DNA of 64,000 nucleotides from Zygnema circumcarinatum SAG 698-1b (GCA_037447605.1 CM074805.1:2823361-2887360), one strand, 5' to 3'. Positions 1 through 12,780 are shown, counted from the stretch's first letter. The notes: generated from the letters alone by a model not told the origin. Made by a program: numbers and translations.

Positions 1-797
1 GGGTGACACGTGGCAACCAGGTTGTTGAAGGAGGCCACGGGTGCTCATCGCGCTGTATGAAGGTGCAGACGAAGACTGATATGGGTGGAGGGGAGCATCT
101 TTGTTGCACCGTGTTGGGTGGGGTACTGGCAATTAGTGCTACTCAGTGTTGCTTGGGTGTGGAGGCCCTCTTTTGGAACAAGGAAATGTAGTGCCGGGGA
201 ATGTGAGAAAAAATATAATCTGCAAGGGAATGGAGCTTTTGCGGGTTGGAGGGGGGTTGTGAATGTCTTCATCATCAACTTGCTTTGTCTTATTTTGCAG
301 TAGGAGCAGGAAGCTGTGACTCGTATGTGCGCAATTTTTAATGAAGAATACACGCGTTCTCGCTAAATATGCATCGCAGTTTATCTGTTTAGAAGAAAGT
401 ACAGCTGCATTTCGTCAGAATACTGGCTAATTGATTGTATTTGTAGGTACTACTAGACGGAGTTGGCATTCTTGTTATTGTTTTAGACATTCGTTGGCTA
501 TAGACGAGTGATCTTGGCTGGTTGGAATACAGGTTATTATAGTTCGTTTCTCTCGAAATTATTTGATATGAACGTATCTGTGTATAGCGCCATGTAAAAT
601 GAAATATTCGCTGACTTGAACCTTCTAAACTCTTTGCAGGCACTTGGAGTTCATTCGGTGCAACGAGTAAAACTGTGTCAAGTTTACCTCTTCAACATAT
701 CCGCTAGGTGGGATCATGTCAAGCACCTTTCAGCAGCTTTGCGAAGAGGTGGCGCTGTTAAAGGTGCTCGGCATGTAGATGCGTAATTTTCTTTCAG

Positions 798-3700
798 GGT
801 AGGCAGTGTAGTAACTTACCATTGGAGCTCGTCCCGATGAAACCGCCAACTTCTACGCCAGGCGAATTCGCAGAGATTAATCCCCTTTCCCGTAGGCTTC
901 CTGCCGACTACAGAATGGGCTTCCCTTCTCAGGGTTTGCAGAATGGTAGCCAGGACATGATCGATTTTCAGGATTATTTGGAGGGCAATAATCTGGACTC
1001 TTCAGCAGTACTGGCTCCAGCACCAAGCATGCCTGGGGGTACTGTAGCCGTAGACATTCCCGTGAGGAGCAGGTTTGGTAATAGAGGACGTCCATACGGC
1101 CAGGACAGATTGCAGGGAGGAGCCTTGTCAGAATCTGAAGAAAGTAGACAGTCCCAGGGTGAATGCGTAGGCCCCGGGATAGGGTTTGATTTGCGGGCGT
1201 CTGTGACAGAAGGTACTGTGAGGGGGGGTGTTGCTGATCCCCCTTCACGGGGAATTGTAGAGGAACAAGGGAGCCCTACGAGCTTGCTGCAAAGGGCCCC
1301 AAATGTGAGATTGTGGGAGAATGCAGCTTGGAGCAGAGCCGCTGTAGGTTCCTGGCCCTCAAGTCATGTCCAGATGACCAATTCAACCCGTGATTTGCAA
1401 GGTAAGGAGGTGTCATTATTAACCCTCCCGGGTGCCTCTCGTGAAACAGCCCACGTAGAGGTAAATTGGGCTCTTGTTGAGCTGATGTTTCGAATGGAGA
1501 CTTAAACAGAAAACATGCATCGTTCGTGTCAGGTCTGCCTAGATTCGGTAAGTTCATGGAGAGAGCTTTAAGTTGTAGTTGCGTGAGGAGTTTTTCTGGA
1601 ATTGGATAGGTCAGGACTCTGAGTATACAGGACGTTAGGACTGTGATTGGGCATTTGGAGGAGAGGAAATGATCAGTTTGCCGAGCTTAAAGAATACCGG
1701 TTACATAAAAAAGCCTGCATAGCCGATTCGGGTATGGTTGTAGGCGGGAATATCGGATATCTGAGTCAAACCTATGCGAGGGGAGTTTTGCATCAAACTG
1801 AATCAGGCATGCTATATGCCACCATTTATGTCACATTGTCACCAACCATGATTCTACTTGTTGGAGTGAATTTGCCGCAGGATCTGTAAAGAGACACAAG
1901 GTGACTTTGAATGATGACGAGGAGCCTTCTGGACAGGTGCCAGTTCTCCACGCTGCTGGAGGCTTGGAATCGAACAGTCGTGAAGAGAACTTTGGTGCTT
2001 CACATCCCAACACTGGCTCAGAACTTCCCCAGCACCACCTTGAGAGAGGAAGTCAAAAACCTTCCTGGTCGAATCACTCGAGGGTGATCCCAACCATGGC
2101 CTTTGTTCCGAGAGGTTTATCAAGGGGTGGCTTTGGTGGACGGGACTTGGCACTTGAGGGTACGTCGATCAACGAGGTTGCTGACGTTTGGGGATTAGGA
2201 GGATGCTTCAGTAGTGGACAGGAGGACAATACGCACAGGCATCAGAACGTTTCAGGGGAAGTCGGTGGATTTCTATCACCAATGGTGAGGGGGAATACCT
2301 CTGGTAACACTTCTGCAAGGCTTGACGGTGTGCCTGAAGTCTCTGTAAGTGATGAGGCTGGGAATGACGATGCTGCCGTTCCCAAGCGAGTCGACATTTG
2401 TAGTAATAGCAGTTGCCTTGATCCTTCTGGTAGCGCCCGCCTTAGCAGTTTTGCCATCGGAGCGAGTGGCAGCACAGGCATTGGTGGATGCAGTGGAAGT
2501 GGAATGGGGAGTTCAGGCATCTCTGAAGTGGAGGGAAGTAACGTTGGTGTCACAGCTTTGGGCGTTGCCAAGGGTGTTCCTTGGGAAGGTTTGAAGCTGA
2601 GTCCTAGCGGAGCAGCGGGGTGGGGCTCGAATCCCGCTAGTGGACTCTTAAGGGGAATTAGTCCTAGACGTGGGACTGGCGGAGTTTGTGACCTGACAGC
2701 AGGAGGGCCTGAAGGAAGTCAGGCTAAAGGACTTAATTACTCTGGAGTGCCTGCCGCAACTTTGTTCGGAATAAAAGCCTTATCAATGTCAAGATTAGGT
2801 TGTGGAAGTGGGGGCAGGGCTAAGGATAGTCCATCTCAAGCAATGGCTGGAAGTTGGGTCTACTCCAACTCTGGAAGAAAGCTGCAAAAAGGCTTGCTGC
2901 ACTCTACACCAGGGGCAGTTGGCCACGAAGACACCCTTTGGCTGGAAAGGAACGATGAAACAAAAGCGGGAGAGGTGTCAGTGAAACCATCAGAGCCTAC
3001 CTTAGAGCCACGAGGATTACCTGTGTACCGTGTCGGGCAGTTGGCGGGCTCAAAGAGACCCACCCCGTCCGGAGCGGATGGTTTGGTGACCGAGCCTTCA
3101 CCAGAGGGTCTTACTTTTGCAGAAGTCTCTAGTCAGGAACTTGAGGAGGCTCAGAAGGCTCTTGTTGAAGGTGCACTTGGGAGGAGTTTGAGGGATGGCC
3201 GGTGGAGTGGTAGTTCAGGGGAAGTAAGTGAAAAAGGGAAACGAGTCCCTGCATTACGAAGCCCTTTGCTGGAGAAAAGTACGGCCGTCCAGAAGAACTT
3301 GGCTGAAAGTAGTTTACAATTAATTGGTGAACACGGAAGTGCACACGTAAACGCGGCAGAAAGGAAAGACACAGAGGAAGTGTCACACGTGAATTTTTTG
3401 GTCGCTAATGTTCCTAACGTAACAGCTGGACCTATGGAACAGCAAAGTTTAAGGCACGGAGCGGCCGTTGAGAACCTTCAGCATGGGGACAAGAGCGACA
3501 CGGAATATCGGCACTCACAAACATCTGATGCTGTAGTCAAGAATCCTTTCCTTCAGACACATAGGCCGGGTAGAGTTTCTCCAGAGAGAGACACAGGTAC
3601 ACGGGAAGAAACTAATGATAACTATGTGGACGGAGAGGCACGGAGATGTGAGCAGTTGGAGGGTGCAAGTGATGGAAATGAAGGTATGCCTGAAAAGAAG

Positions 3701-6700
3701 GACGAGACTCTGTTGACCGCCTCCATTGGACGGGTACCCGATGAAGCGGGCCTGAGCCTTCCTGACAGAGCTGAAGAAGAGGCGAATGCAGCGGCCAACG
3801 TGTCGGCCAAAGAGAAGACTTCTTGTGACGAAGGTGCAGGATCTACAGGGTTGGAGAGGACCTCCACCGATCATCTGAAAATGGTGGATGGCCAGAAAGG
3901 ACTCCTTGGGAGAGGCAAGAAGCGCAAGTCTGGGAGCCTTAGTAGGGAAGAAGATACTGAGTTAAAGCGAAGGCACAGAGAAAGGAGAAGAGAAGAGCGG
4001 AGGCGCGATGATAAGAAGAGAGAAGAGAGACAGCTTGCTGAAGCTGCAAAAGAGAAGGGGCAGAGCTCAAGCCGAGGGAGAGAAACTGAGAAGGATGGAA
4101 AACGGGATCAGTGGAGTGGCAGCAGAGACAAGAAGTCAAGAAAGAATCGCAGTGATGGAACGAGCAAAGGCTTTTCGGGAATCAAGCATTTTGCGAGTGC
4201 TCTTTCCCCCCGGAAAAGTATAGAAACAGAGGCCCAAAAGAAAGCAACAGGCAGAGCGCACCTACTGCAGGCTGATGCTGATGCTGCACGAGTGGAAACC
4301 CACGAGAAGGAGACGTTGCCTGGGTTTGGCTCGTTCCGTGGTTGGGTGAAAGCGGTTCAGAAAGGAAAGGCCTGCAGGCCCATCGCCTCTGCAACTGGAG
4401 GATTTGGCCCTGAGAGTAATCGCAATAAGGGTGTCGGAGGAGATGCTGGAGGCAAACCACCAGGAAGAGAAGCTGAAGTCCCCTTGTCTCGTGGCCCGGC
4501 AGGTGCTGCTGACGTGGCACCAGTGCAATCCGTGTCTGGCGATAACCCTGACAATGCAGTTGGGGAAATTGCTTCAACGCTGGTGTCTTTAACAGAGGTT
4601 GTGCCTGCGTTGAGTTCACTGCAAGGACAACCAGAGAATCGTGTTGTTTCCGAAAGGATAGCGGGTGATGGACCAGATGTTGCCGCTGACGTAGGCGAGA
4701 GAGGGAGGAGAACCGAGGAGATTGAGGCCGACTTGGACGGAAATACATTGGAAAGAGAAGTGGAGCATTCTGGACCAGATGCACCTTTCCCTGCTTCTGC
4801 TGCTCCTCCACGTCGTGCGCCTCGTGTGCATTCAGAAGATGTGGTTGTTCCGGGAGTACAGAGTGGAAGCGGCGGCACTGACGAGCAGGCTTTGGGCGGC
4901 GGCGACTCGGAGGAGCATAGTGGGCATAGGGTCAACCATGAAGTTCAGGTCGTCCCGTCGACTTCCCGGCTTTGGTCAGAACAGGGCGAACAAATACGCC
5001 CCTCGGAAACAGAAGGGCAGTCTGGTGGTGGGGTTCGAACGGAACGCATGGATCGCGAGCTGGAGGTGCTTGCAGGGGCGATGGGAAGGCAGCAACAGCA
5101 GAGGGTCGTTTCACATTCACGACAAGCATGTAATGCAATCCATGACCGACAATCAAGCGGCGGTTGGGCTGCAGCAGCCGCCAACGGTTGGCAGGGCAGA
5201 AAGCAGGGCCTCCATCCTCAGTCTCCAGCCCTGGAGGAAGGTCCGAGTGGAACCACTGGGACCGGCACTATGGGCACAGCAACGGGTTCAAGAGTTCCCT
5301 CAGGTTCAGTGCCCGGCATTCCTGCAGCAAGCGGTGGTGGACCTACCGGGGGGGCTGCCTCTGGGAGCACCTCTGATGGCAGACTTCGGGATCGTTGGAT
5401 TGGTCGCTTCATTGGGTCTTCTGGGAAGGCCTTCAGAGGTGGCGGTTTGGAGCCTTTGGAAGGCATTGGACAGATTGGTGATAAGCAACATTTCTCGGGG
5501 AGCAATGGGCAAGGGCAGTCAATACTCGGGCAAGGGCCATTAACAGGCAGTGATAAGCTTCCTGAGGAATATGCAGCTCGAGGGAGGGGAAGCCCCGTGT
5601 ACAATTCTTACTTGCGTTACAAGCCTGATGTACAGAATATGTCAGACATGGAGAAGTTGGATTCGGCTCGTGCTGTTCGAATGGCTCAAGGCCTTGTTCA
5701 AGGTCCATTCTTGCGTGGTCCCTTGGGAAGGCCTTGTACAGAAGGCCTGATTGCTCACTTGCCAGGGCCAGTAGGTGGCTCCGGCAATCTTATTGGAACT
5801 ATGGGAAGTGTGGCATTTGCACAGAGGGAAACTGCAGATGATGGATCAGGAGAGGAATGCCTTATGGGACTCGGAGCTGCAGAGTATGCAGCAAGTATGG
5901 CAGCTTTGAGGGCTTGGCGGTTAGAGGGTTCTCGCAGTCGGGAAGAGATTCTCAAAGAGTACGATGTGGGGGGGAACACAATGGGGCAAATGTCGCTGGC
6001 AGGGTCGGCATACCTCGCTTTAAACACGCGGACCCCAGGACTGCCTTTGTCATTTGGACAAGGGCAGCAGTTGGTTTGTCCGTTTTGTAACTTACCCGGA
6101 CATCCCTTAGTTCTGTGCTCTGAGACGAGAGACTGTGAGTTGCCTGGTTTGGTGAAGCGAGCAGGTTCATTGAATGTGAATTCCCGGTTGAAATCCCTCA
6201 TCGGCTTGTCGTCAAGCCTGAGTACGGAAAGCCCTTCTCAACTTCCCTTACAAATGCTTCAAGAGGGCTCAAGGCGGGCACTTGAGAGGACTGAAATTGG
6301 ACAGGATTCTGCAAGCAGAGGGGAGGAGCTGCAAGAAGCTGCAAGAAAAGATACCGCTGCCAGTCAACCACTCTGCTTGCGTTGTTTGGAAGCGGGCCAT
6401 TGGGGTGTTGAATGTAGTCTCACGTGTTCTGAAGCAGCAGCTAAGGCACAAGACAAAGAACGTCTAATGGTACGGTTAAGGAGCACAAACCCTAGCGCTC
6501 GTGAAAAGAGTTTGCTAGGCAGCAATAACTTGTCTGTGGCTTCGGAGCAGAGAGGTAATAGTACAGCCAGTCGGGCTCTGTCGGCTGTATGTGAAAGCTG
6601 TAGTCTCCATGGTCTAGAAGAGGGGAGTTGTGTACATATGAAGGGGAGAGCAAGATACTCGGAGGTGGAAGGCTGGGCCGAAAAGAGCCCTTCGAAGAGC

Positions 6701-8085
6701 TCATCACCTGCAGAGCTCGTTGCAGGAGCTCAAGACAGGGGGTATCAAAAGAGCGTCAAACCAGGGTGTGAAAATGACTGGAGACAAGACGAAGAAGCCT
6801 CCAGGCAGAGTCGTGATGGACGATCCTTTGCTTGGGAGAGGAGGAGATTGAAGGACGATGTCCTGGAAGCGGATGGTAGCGCTGGCAAAAGTGTGGCACG
6901 AGAAAGGGAGGGGCAGCCCGCAGTGAAGCAGGAACAGGCGGCAAAGGTGGGAGGTAGCTTAGGAACGACTTGCGATGGAGCAGAACTGCCAAAGGGTGTA
7001 ACAGGAGAACCTGCTGATTTGTTGGAGGGTATTGAATCGATTCGCTTGCCAAGAAGAGACCTTCTCAAGTGAGTGGCATTCTAACCCACAATGTCGAGTG
7101 CGTGCTTACGTTTATTGTGCACATTTTCTGGCCGGCATGTGGATTCATCCATTTAAATCTGTGGTATTCATCCAAAGGCATGATGGATCAATGTGGATCC
7201 CTCGGTTCGTGGCAGCAGTGTTATGTTATGCCGGGCTGCCAGACCGTGATCAATGTTGCTGCCACATAAATGAGCTTGTCGAATCATCAAAAAATTGTGG
7301 GTGAAAATTTTGTGGGTGTGGGAGAATGTATATCTCTAAACCTATGAAGGACTGGCAATTGATTCGGGCATGTGCTGACTCCACTCTTATTGGTGGCGAA
7401 TGAATTTGCAGGTGGGCAGATTCACCTGAATTTGCTGAAAAAGTGAAGGGATTTTTTCTCCGCTTGCGGTTTGGAAAAAAGCAGGAGGTTCAGGGTGGCA
7501 CCGGCTATCGCATGGCTCGCTTAACAGGCAAGCGCCTTTGCTATCTCAGCACGCTTTTTCTGCATTTACTATGGGGGACTGGCGGTATCCCTGCTCTATT
7601 TTCTACCACGCATGATGTGAGATCGTAGAGGATGCCGAGCTCCTTCCAGTAGCATTCCCTAAAGTAGCCTTCGGTTCAATTTCAATGTTGATGCAGGCGC
7701 CTCCCGGAAGCAATCGGGAGGAGAGACAGTGCTCGCACTTGCAGTCGACTTTGGTGATGGGGAGTACACGGTCGATGGGCAGTATGTGTCCAATAAGCAG
7801 TTTACGGAGGTGGGATATCCATGTTCCCGAGTTTCAGTGGCGGAATGTGCTTTATTTTGCCGGTTTTCTTTGTGTAGCCAATGTCTTGGAAGTGAATGCA
7901 ATCAAGGATGGCAATGAGGGATTTCCCACGTTTCCGATCGCATGTTTCTTTCTAACTTGCGCGTGTTCCTTTGCCAGGTGGAGCTTTTGGAGTGGTGGAA
8001 AGGAGCATCCAGCAGGAAGCGGCTCATGATCACTCGGGACGAGATTGACGCCAAGTTCCAGGAGCGCCAAAGCTGGTTCCCATAA
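798..8085 (+). CDS. TZP: Tandem zinc-knuckle / Plus3-domain protein (TZP-like), multi-exon, 5' end not resolved
   Basis: Inferred exons 798-1401, 1881-7068, 7412-7527, 7697-7809, 7978-8085 join in phase. There are two CX2CX4HX4C knuckles (CPFCNLPGHPLVLC ~6077-6118; CLRCLEAGHWGVEC ~6374-6415). The spliced C-terminus IRLPRRDLLK|WADSPEFAEKVKGFFLRLRFGKKQEVQGGTGYRMARLT...QYVSNKQFTE|VELLEWWK...AKFQERQSWFP* resembles the Plus3 domain of plant TZP as I recall it. No start ATG was identified. Confidence 0.82.
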
Positions 8086-9723
8086 TTCTTTCATTTTTAA
8101 TCCTTTAATATACTAAAAGTATTGCCTCCTATATTTTTCTCACTTTTTTTTTTTTTTTCCTGTTGAGGGTTTTCTTAGAAGAGTGCGGTTGTAGGATTTG
8201 GGACTCGCTCAATACTGAAGATTTCTTCAGTGAAATCTTTTACTTGAGCGTTGAATGTCACTGTGAAAGTAATGACTGCAGAGGCTAGTTGTAAAGCAGT
8301 TTTCTTCTGGAAGCGGTACTCCCTTTGTTGTAGGTGAAGCCCAGCGCTTCGCTTTTTGTTTTTCAAAGAGAGGCCGATGGTGTTTTTCCATTTTCCCTAA
8401 GGGCGGAAAAAGGGCCATTGTGGGGCCAAACCTCCCATGTTTCAGAGTTTTTAGTGTTCAACCTGAAGGGCTGAAGGGTCTTAGGTTTCGTGCACGGCCG
8501 TGAGGCTATACTTCTCGGGGCTCTCGGGTATGCAAAATGAACATTCAAGCGACCGGCAGTATTTTTTGGCATCAAACACGTACGAAAGACCATTAATAGC
8601 ACATGAAATACGTTTTCTGTCGCGGAAAATGGGCTCGCAACGCTGTGCTTTATCCCTCGACTAAACGGTCGTTCAAAAGTTGACACACATCTGAAAAACA
8701 AGACAATAGCCTGCTCCGCAGCTTGCTTGCTTGCTCTGCTCGACGAGCTACGGTAACCAGAAAGGTTCTGGGGGCACCGCAGAATGTCGAATCGTCTGCG
8801 GGTTGATGCAGAAGATTTTCACGCGGAAAATTTTGCCCTCCTTTTAGCAGGAATGTTGCGCATGGCGGATACGTTCGTTCTGCGACTTTGCGCTTTTATA
8901 TCGATTGTGAGTCGAAGGTCAGAGCATTCACAGCCGTGGATCGACAAGTGGTATGCTGGGTTCCCATCTAAGCGCGGGGATTGAGCAAGCAGTCCGGGGG
9001 AAAGAGGGAGAGGTTTCTACGCCTGTTGACTGGAAAGTCGCCATATGAATGGGACATCTCTCCCATCCCTCCACCTCTGTCTGCCACTCCAGACCCTTCC
9101 ATACTCCGTCCCGGTCCTTCATACTGGACTTGGCCGCCATCTGCATCCGCCGCACGGTTTCAATGCAACGTGCGCAATGGAGAGAATGTGCTCTGCATTC
9201 CGCAGTTTGCACTTTTGCATGAAGAATTCCTAGTTCAAAAGTATTGCATGAGGAATTCACAATTCAAATGGCAAGGCTGTTCTCTGCCTTCTGACATTTC
9301 GCATTTAATTTTTCACTTTTTTCTTTTGAAAGCAAACTGTAATCTGCAGAGTGCACAATGCAGGGTGTAGGGAGTGCACTCTGTATCCTGTACTTTACAT
9401 TGTGGATACATACAGAATACAAGCATGCAAGCACCGGTGAACAGCAAAATCCGTCGCTTCCACGCCCATGCTGTGACCACTCAGAATGCGCCACGCGCTC
9501 CTTTAGACAGACCCTAGAGTAGCCTGCCATCTAGACTCTTAAACAAGAACATGCTCCCATGAACTATGAACATGCTCCCATGAACTATGTACCACTAACT
9601 ATTGTGCACTAACATGATGAACCATGGTCCTTAGGTGATTTGGTCACTCGCGGTCTGAACAGAACGCTGGCATTGTCGCCCTTGTACTCTACGTAGTGGG
9701 GAACAACGGGAGTCGGCACTGGC

Positions 9724-10015
9724 CACGTGGGTCACAGGTAAGGCACCATACAGACCATACACATTCCGCCACGTGTCCCTTACCACGTGGTACTACAACG
9801 AGCTCCGTAGGCTTGTTCGTCCCTCCCCCCTCGGGCCGTTCGCCAGTCCAGCACGTGCTGACGTGGCACGCTCATTCAGGCACCACGTGGCAGCGCGCCT
9901 CGCCACGCGCCCCCCCGGCCCGGCCCCCGCTCCGCCTCAAGCGGGCGCCCCTGGGCGCACCGCTTCCATGCTGGACCACTGGGGCCTTGCCACGTCCACT
10001 CCTATGGAAACGTGG
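9724..10015. promoter_or_regulatory. Dense G-box/ABRE cluster
   Basis: CACGTG at 9724, 9770, 9784, 9852 and 9884 (five in 166 bp), plus TGACGTGGC at 9859 and ACGTGGC-type cores at ~9989 and ~10009. Confidence 0.6.
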
Positions 10016-10075
10016 CAGACGGCGATTGGCTCCCACGGTCCCTCCTTCCACGGAGACGGCCTGTGCCCGCTCGGC

Positions 10076-11280
10076 TCAGACTTGAATGCCGCGGAGCAGC
10101 AAAGTCGGTCTCGGGAAGGTAAGGCGCTCCCGCGGCTGCAAGCGCAAGGGGCGGAGAAGGTCGCCTGCCTGCCAGCGCAGAAGCCATGGAGAGGCTGCAC
10201 CAGCCCCTGCACGACCCGCATCAGGTCGGCCCCGCGCCGCACGCACCCGGGGGGGCCGCAGGGGGGGGGGCACATCCTGGGCCCCGACCGCAGCCGCATC
10301 CTGGAACTCAACACTGATGTGGAGGATTTTCCCTCGGCGGTAGGGGCGTTGTGCCGAAGGATTCTGACCTTCTGATTCTTTCTTTTGATCGATACGTATG
10401 CAATGGGGAGGAATAAGATAGGTCAAACTTTTCCGATAAGCACACGGTTTCTTGGCCCTTTCTATTTTTTTTAATATTGGCCAGAGGTAAAGATTTCGGT
10501 GGAGACTCTGGAAGGCATCGATAAGTCCATGATGCGAATAGAAAACTGAATGTACATGTACGTGTGCGGAAAAAGGCTGTTGAAGAACGAGAGATGTCGA
10601 GAAAGGGACGGAAACATTGCTGTATTTTATTTTTCAAAAATTCCGGAGCATGTTGTTCCTTGATGCGGTTTGACAGTTTTCAGTGCGACGCTGTTCATCC
10701 AGAATGTATGGATTCTCATTTCGAATATCATCTGCCTCGTCGTAAACTGCCATGAGGCCGGAGGTTGGGACTACAGGTCATAAGCGATGACACTACTCCT
10801 CTGCACGGAGACAGCATATGGACAGGGTCTGTGGGAGATGGGAGAGCAGCCAATGGGGTAGCTCCTGCGGGAGATAGTCAGGGGAATCCTGGGCAAGCCA
10901 ATGGCAGGTCTCACAGATCAGGAGGAGAGCGTCATTCAGGAGAATTTCTAGTCAACTTTTTTTGACCAGTCCTTGTATATCGGATTGGCTGGCAGCACAT
11001 GGAAGTGTGCGAAGGGGGTGGAGAGAAAACATTCCAGCCAGAATGGAAGAGAGACTGGTTCTGCACGGAGTGAAGAGTCGAGCAATCCTAATGTGTAGGG
11101 ATGAGGGAATGCAGGAGGCAGCTAGAATAGCTGGATTTGGTGCCATGTTGGTAAAGCTATTGCGACAAAGTGCATTGGCTGCTTGTTTGGATCCATTGCC
11201 GTACGGATGTACGAATCTGTACGAGGATGTAACCACGGCTGCGGCCGAGTGATGTCGGCACTCCGCGTAAGTAAAGGATT
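10076..11280. other. Unresolved coding-like locus (unknown gene or decayed ORF)
   Basis: One minus-strand frame has only 4 stops over ~400 codons. The plus strand has a strong donor (AAG|GTAAGG at ~10119) and a GCCATGG context at ~10184. I recognised no family motif. Confidence 0.3.
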
Positions 11281-12726
11281 AGGGTTGCCACCGCTGAATG
11301 CTTCCCCGCCATGGCCGCTGACCTCTCCAAAATGCCGGCATAGCGTTACAGGACGAGAGTTTTTTTCAGTTATGGGCTTGCCCATGGCTTCAAGCTCTCC
11401 GGCCATGGCGGATTCCTCTGCCTGCGAGAGCCTCGTGGCGGCGCCAGATGGTTTGGAACCGCCCTGGCCTGCGCCTCTGCATTTGCGGGGGATGGGCGTC
11501 GCCGCCATGGGGAGGCTTCGCAGTGCGGCGCATCGCCTTGATCATGCTACAACCCGAAAGCTATCCAATGGTCTTACGCTAGAACTTCAGAAGGCCTCTG
11601 AGGTGAGCGAGTGAGAGAGGGGAAGAGAGGGGGAGAGGGAGAAGGAGAGAGAGAGAGAGGAAGGAGGAGAAGAGAGGCCCTCCCCTCTCCCCCCCCTTCC
11701 GTCCGCCAGTCGAGGAGGCCGCGTGTCGTGCCGCCCGCTACAATACAAAACCGTTAAACGACTCGCATTGACCACGACAAATTGCCTCTGGCAGTGCCGC
11801 CCCGCGTCGCGAATCGCACGTGCGGAGAATCTCGTCAGTGTGCCACCCGCAGCGGCCGCTGCCACGTCGGCGCAAAATCAGGTCGAGTCGCGCCACCGGA
11901 GGGCGACGGCCCGCGAGGATATTTTTTTGGCGAATCTCGCCCAGCACAATCTAAGTTCACCAATGGAGAGTCGCCGCGTGCTCCTTCGTCTTATCAGCCG
12001 AAAAATCGCTTGGGCTTTCTTCTCCCCGCAGTGGGCGGGTGTAAACCTCAGCGCTTGACCTCCCAAATCTTTCGCCACGCGGCAGCGACCCATTGGGGCT
12101 GTCAGTGTCGCAACTGTCCGTGGAGGCGCCACGTAGGACCATTCGAGGTCAACTGCCGGGCTCGAATCTGCCGGATCGCGTTCGTGTTGAACCTCGCCTA
12201 GCCGCCACGTCAGCCTGCCAGGCGGCGGCCTGCTTATCACCGCATGTGCGGCTTCCGCCCACCATTGGCTGACGCCACGCGCTGTCTTATCTGCTTGCAA
12301 GTTTGTCCGCCCGCCCGCGCCCCCGCGAGACCCGCTAGCCGCGCGTGACTGGCCTGTCGGCAGCCAATGGCGCTCGTCACTCGTCAAGATCCTTCAAAAG
12401 AAGTACATGTCACTTTGACGGTTCAAGCCAATTTCAAGGGCGCTTCGGGTACTAGCTTCGATCAATGGATTTTTGTGGGATAACTCCAAAAAAAAGTAAC
12501 AAGCCCGTATACGACAAAATTCCCGTATGGGATGGACTTGAGCAAATGTGGGCGGCGGGCCATCCGCCGTCGAATGGCGGATCGGACGGCGGGCGGGGCA
12601 GCGCCGCCGATATTTCTGGTAACGACTGGGAAAACAATCAGATGCGGCACAAGTACGCGAGCGTCACGTGTCGGTCCCCTGCGGCCCCGCCGACAGTCCC
12701 CCTAAAAGCCGCCCGCGGTCCCGCCA

Positions 12727-12780
12727 CTGCTCGCCCGCTCGCCCGCTCGCCCGCTCGCCCGCTCGCCCGCGCGCTCGCCC
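12727..12780 (+). repeat. (GCCCGCTC)n GC-rich tandem repeat just upstream of the oxidase ATG
   Basis: gctcgcccgctcgcccgctcgcccgctcgcccgctcgcccgcgcgctcgccc, read directly. Confidence 0.85.

Noticed and set aside
1402-1505. C-terminal part of ORF 822..1505
   Set aside because: It reads into the intron after the phase-1 donor CAAG|GTAAGG (1402), which joins the 1881 acceptor in frame.
2242-7052. Many antisense and alternate-frame ORFs over the giant TZP-like exon
   Set aside because: These are shadow ORFs of a long coding exon, with no motifs or splice logic of their own.
9546-9590. Direct repeat GAACATGCTCCCATGAACTAT x2 as a possible CRISPR-like unit
   Set aside because: Only two adjacent copies and no spacers; an ordinary tandem duplication.
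9773-10375. ORF 9773..10375 as a (viral) deoxynucleoside kinase fragment
   Set aside because: Only a vague C-terminal resemblance and no P-loop; the N-terminal half is the G-box cluster itself.
11185-11225. HPYGNGSK as a Fic-domain motif
   Set aside because: It does not fit HxFx(D/E)GNGRxxR; the acidic residue and the arginines are missing.
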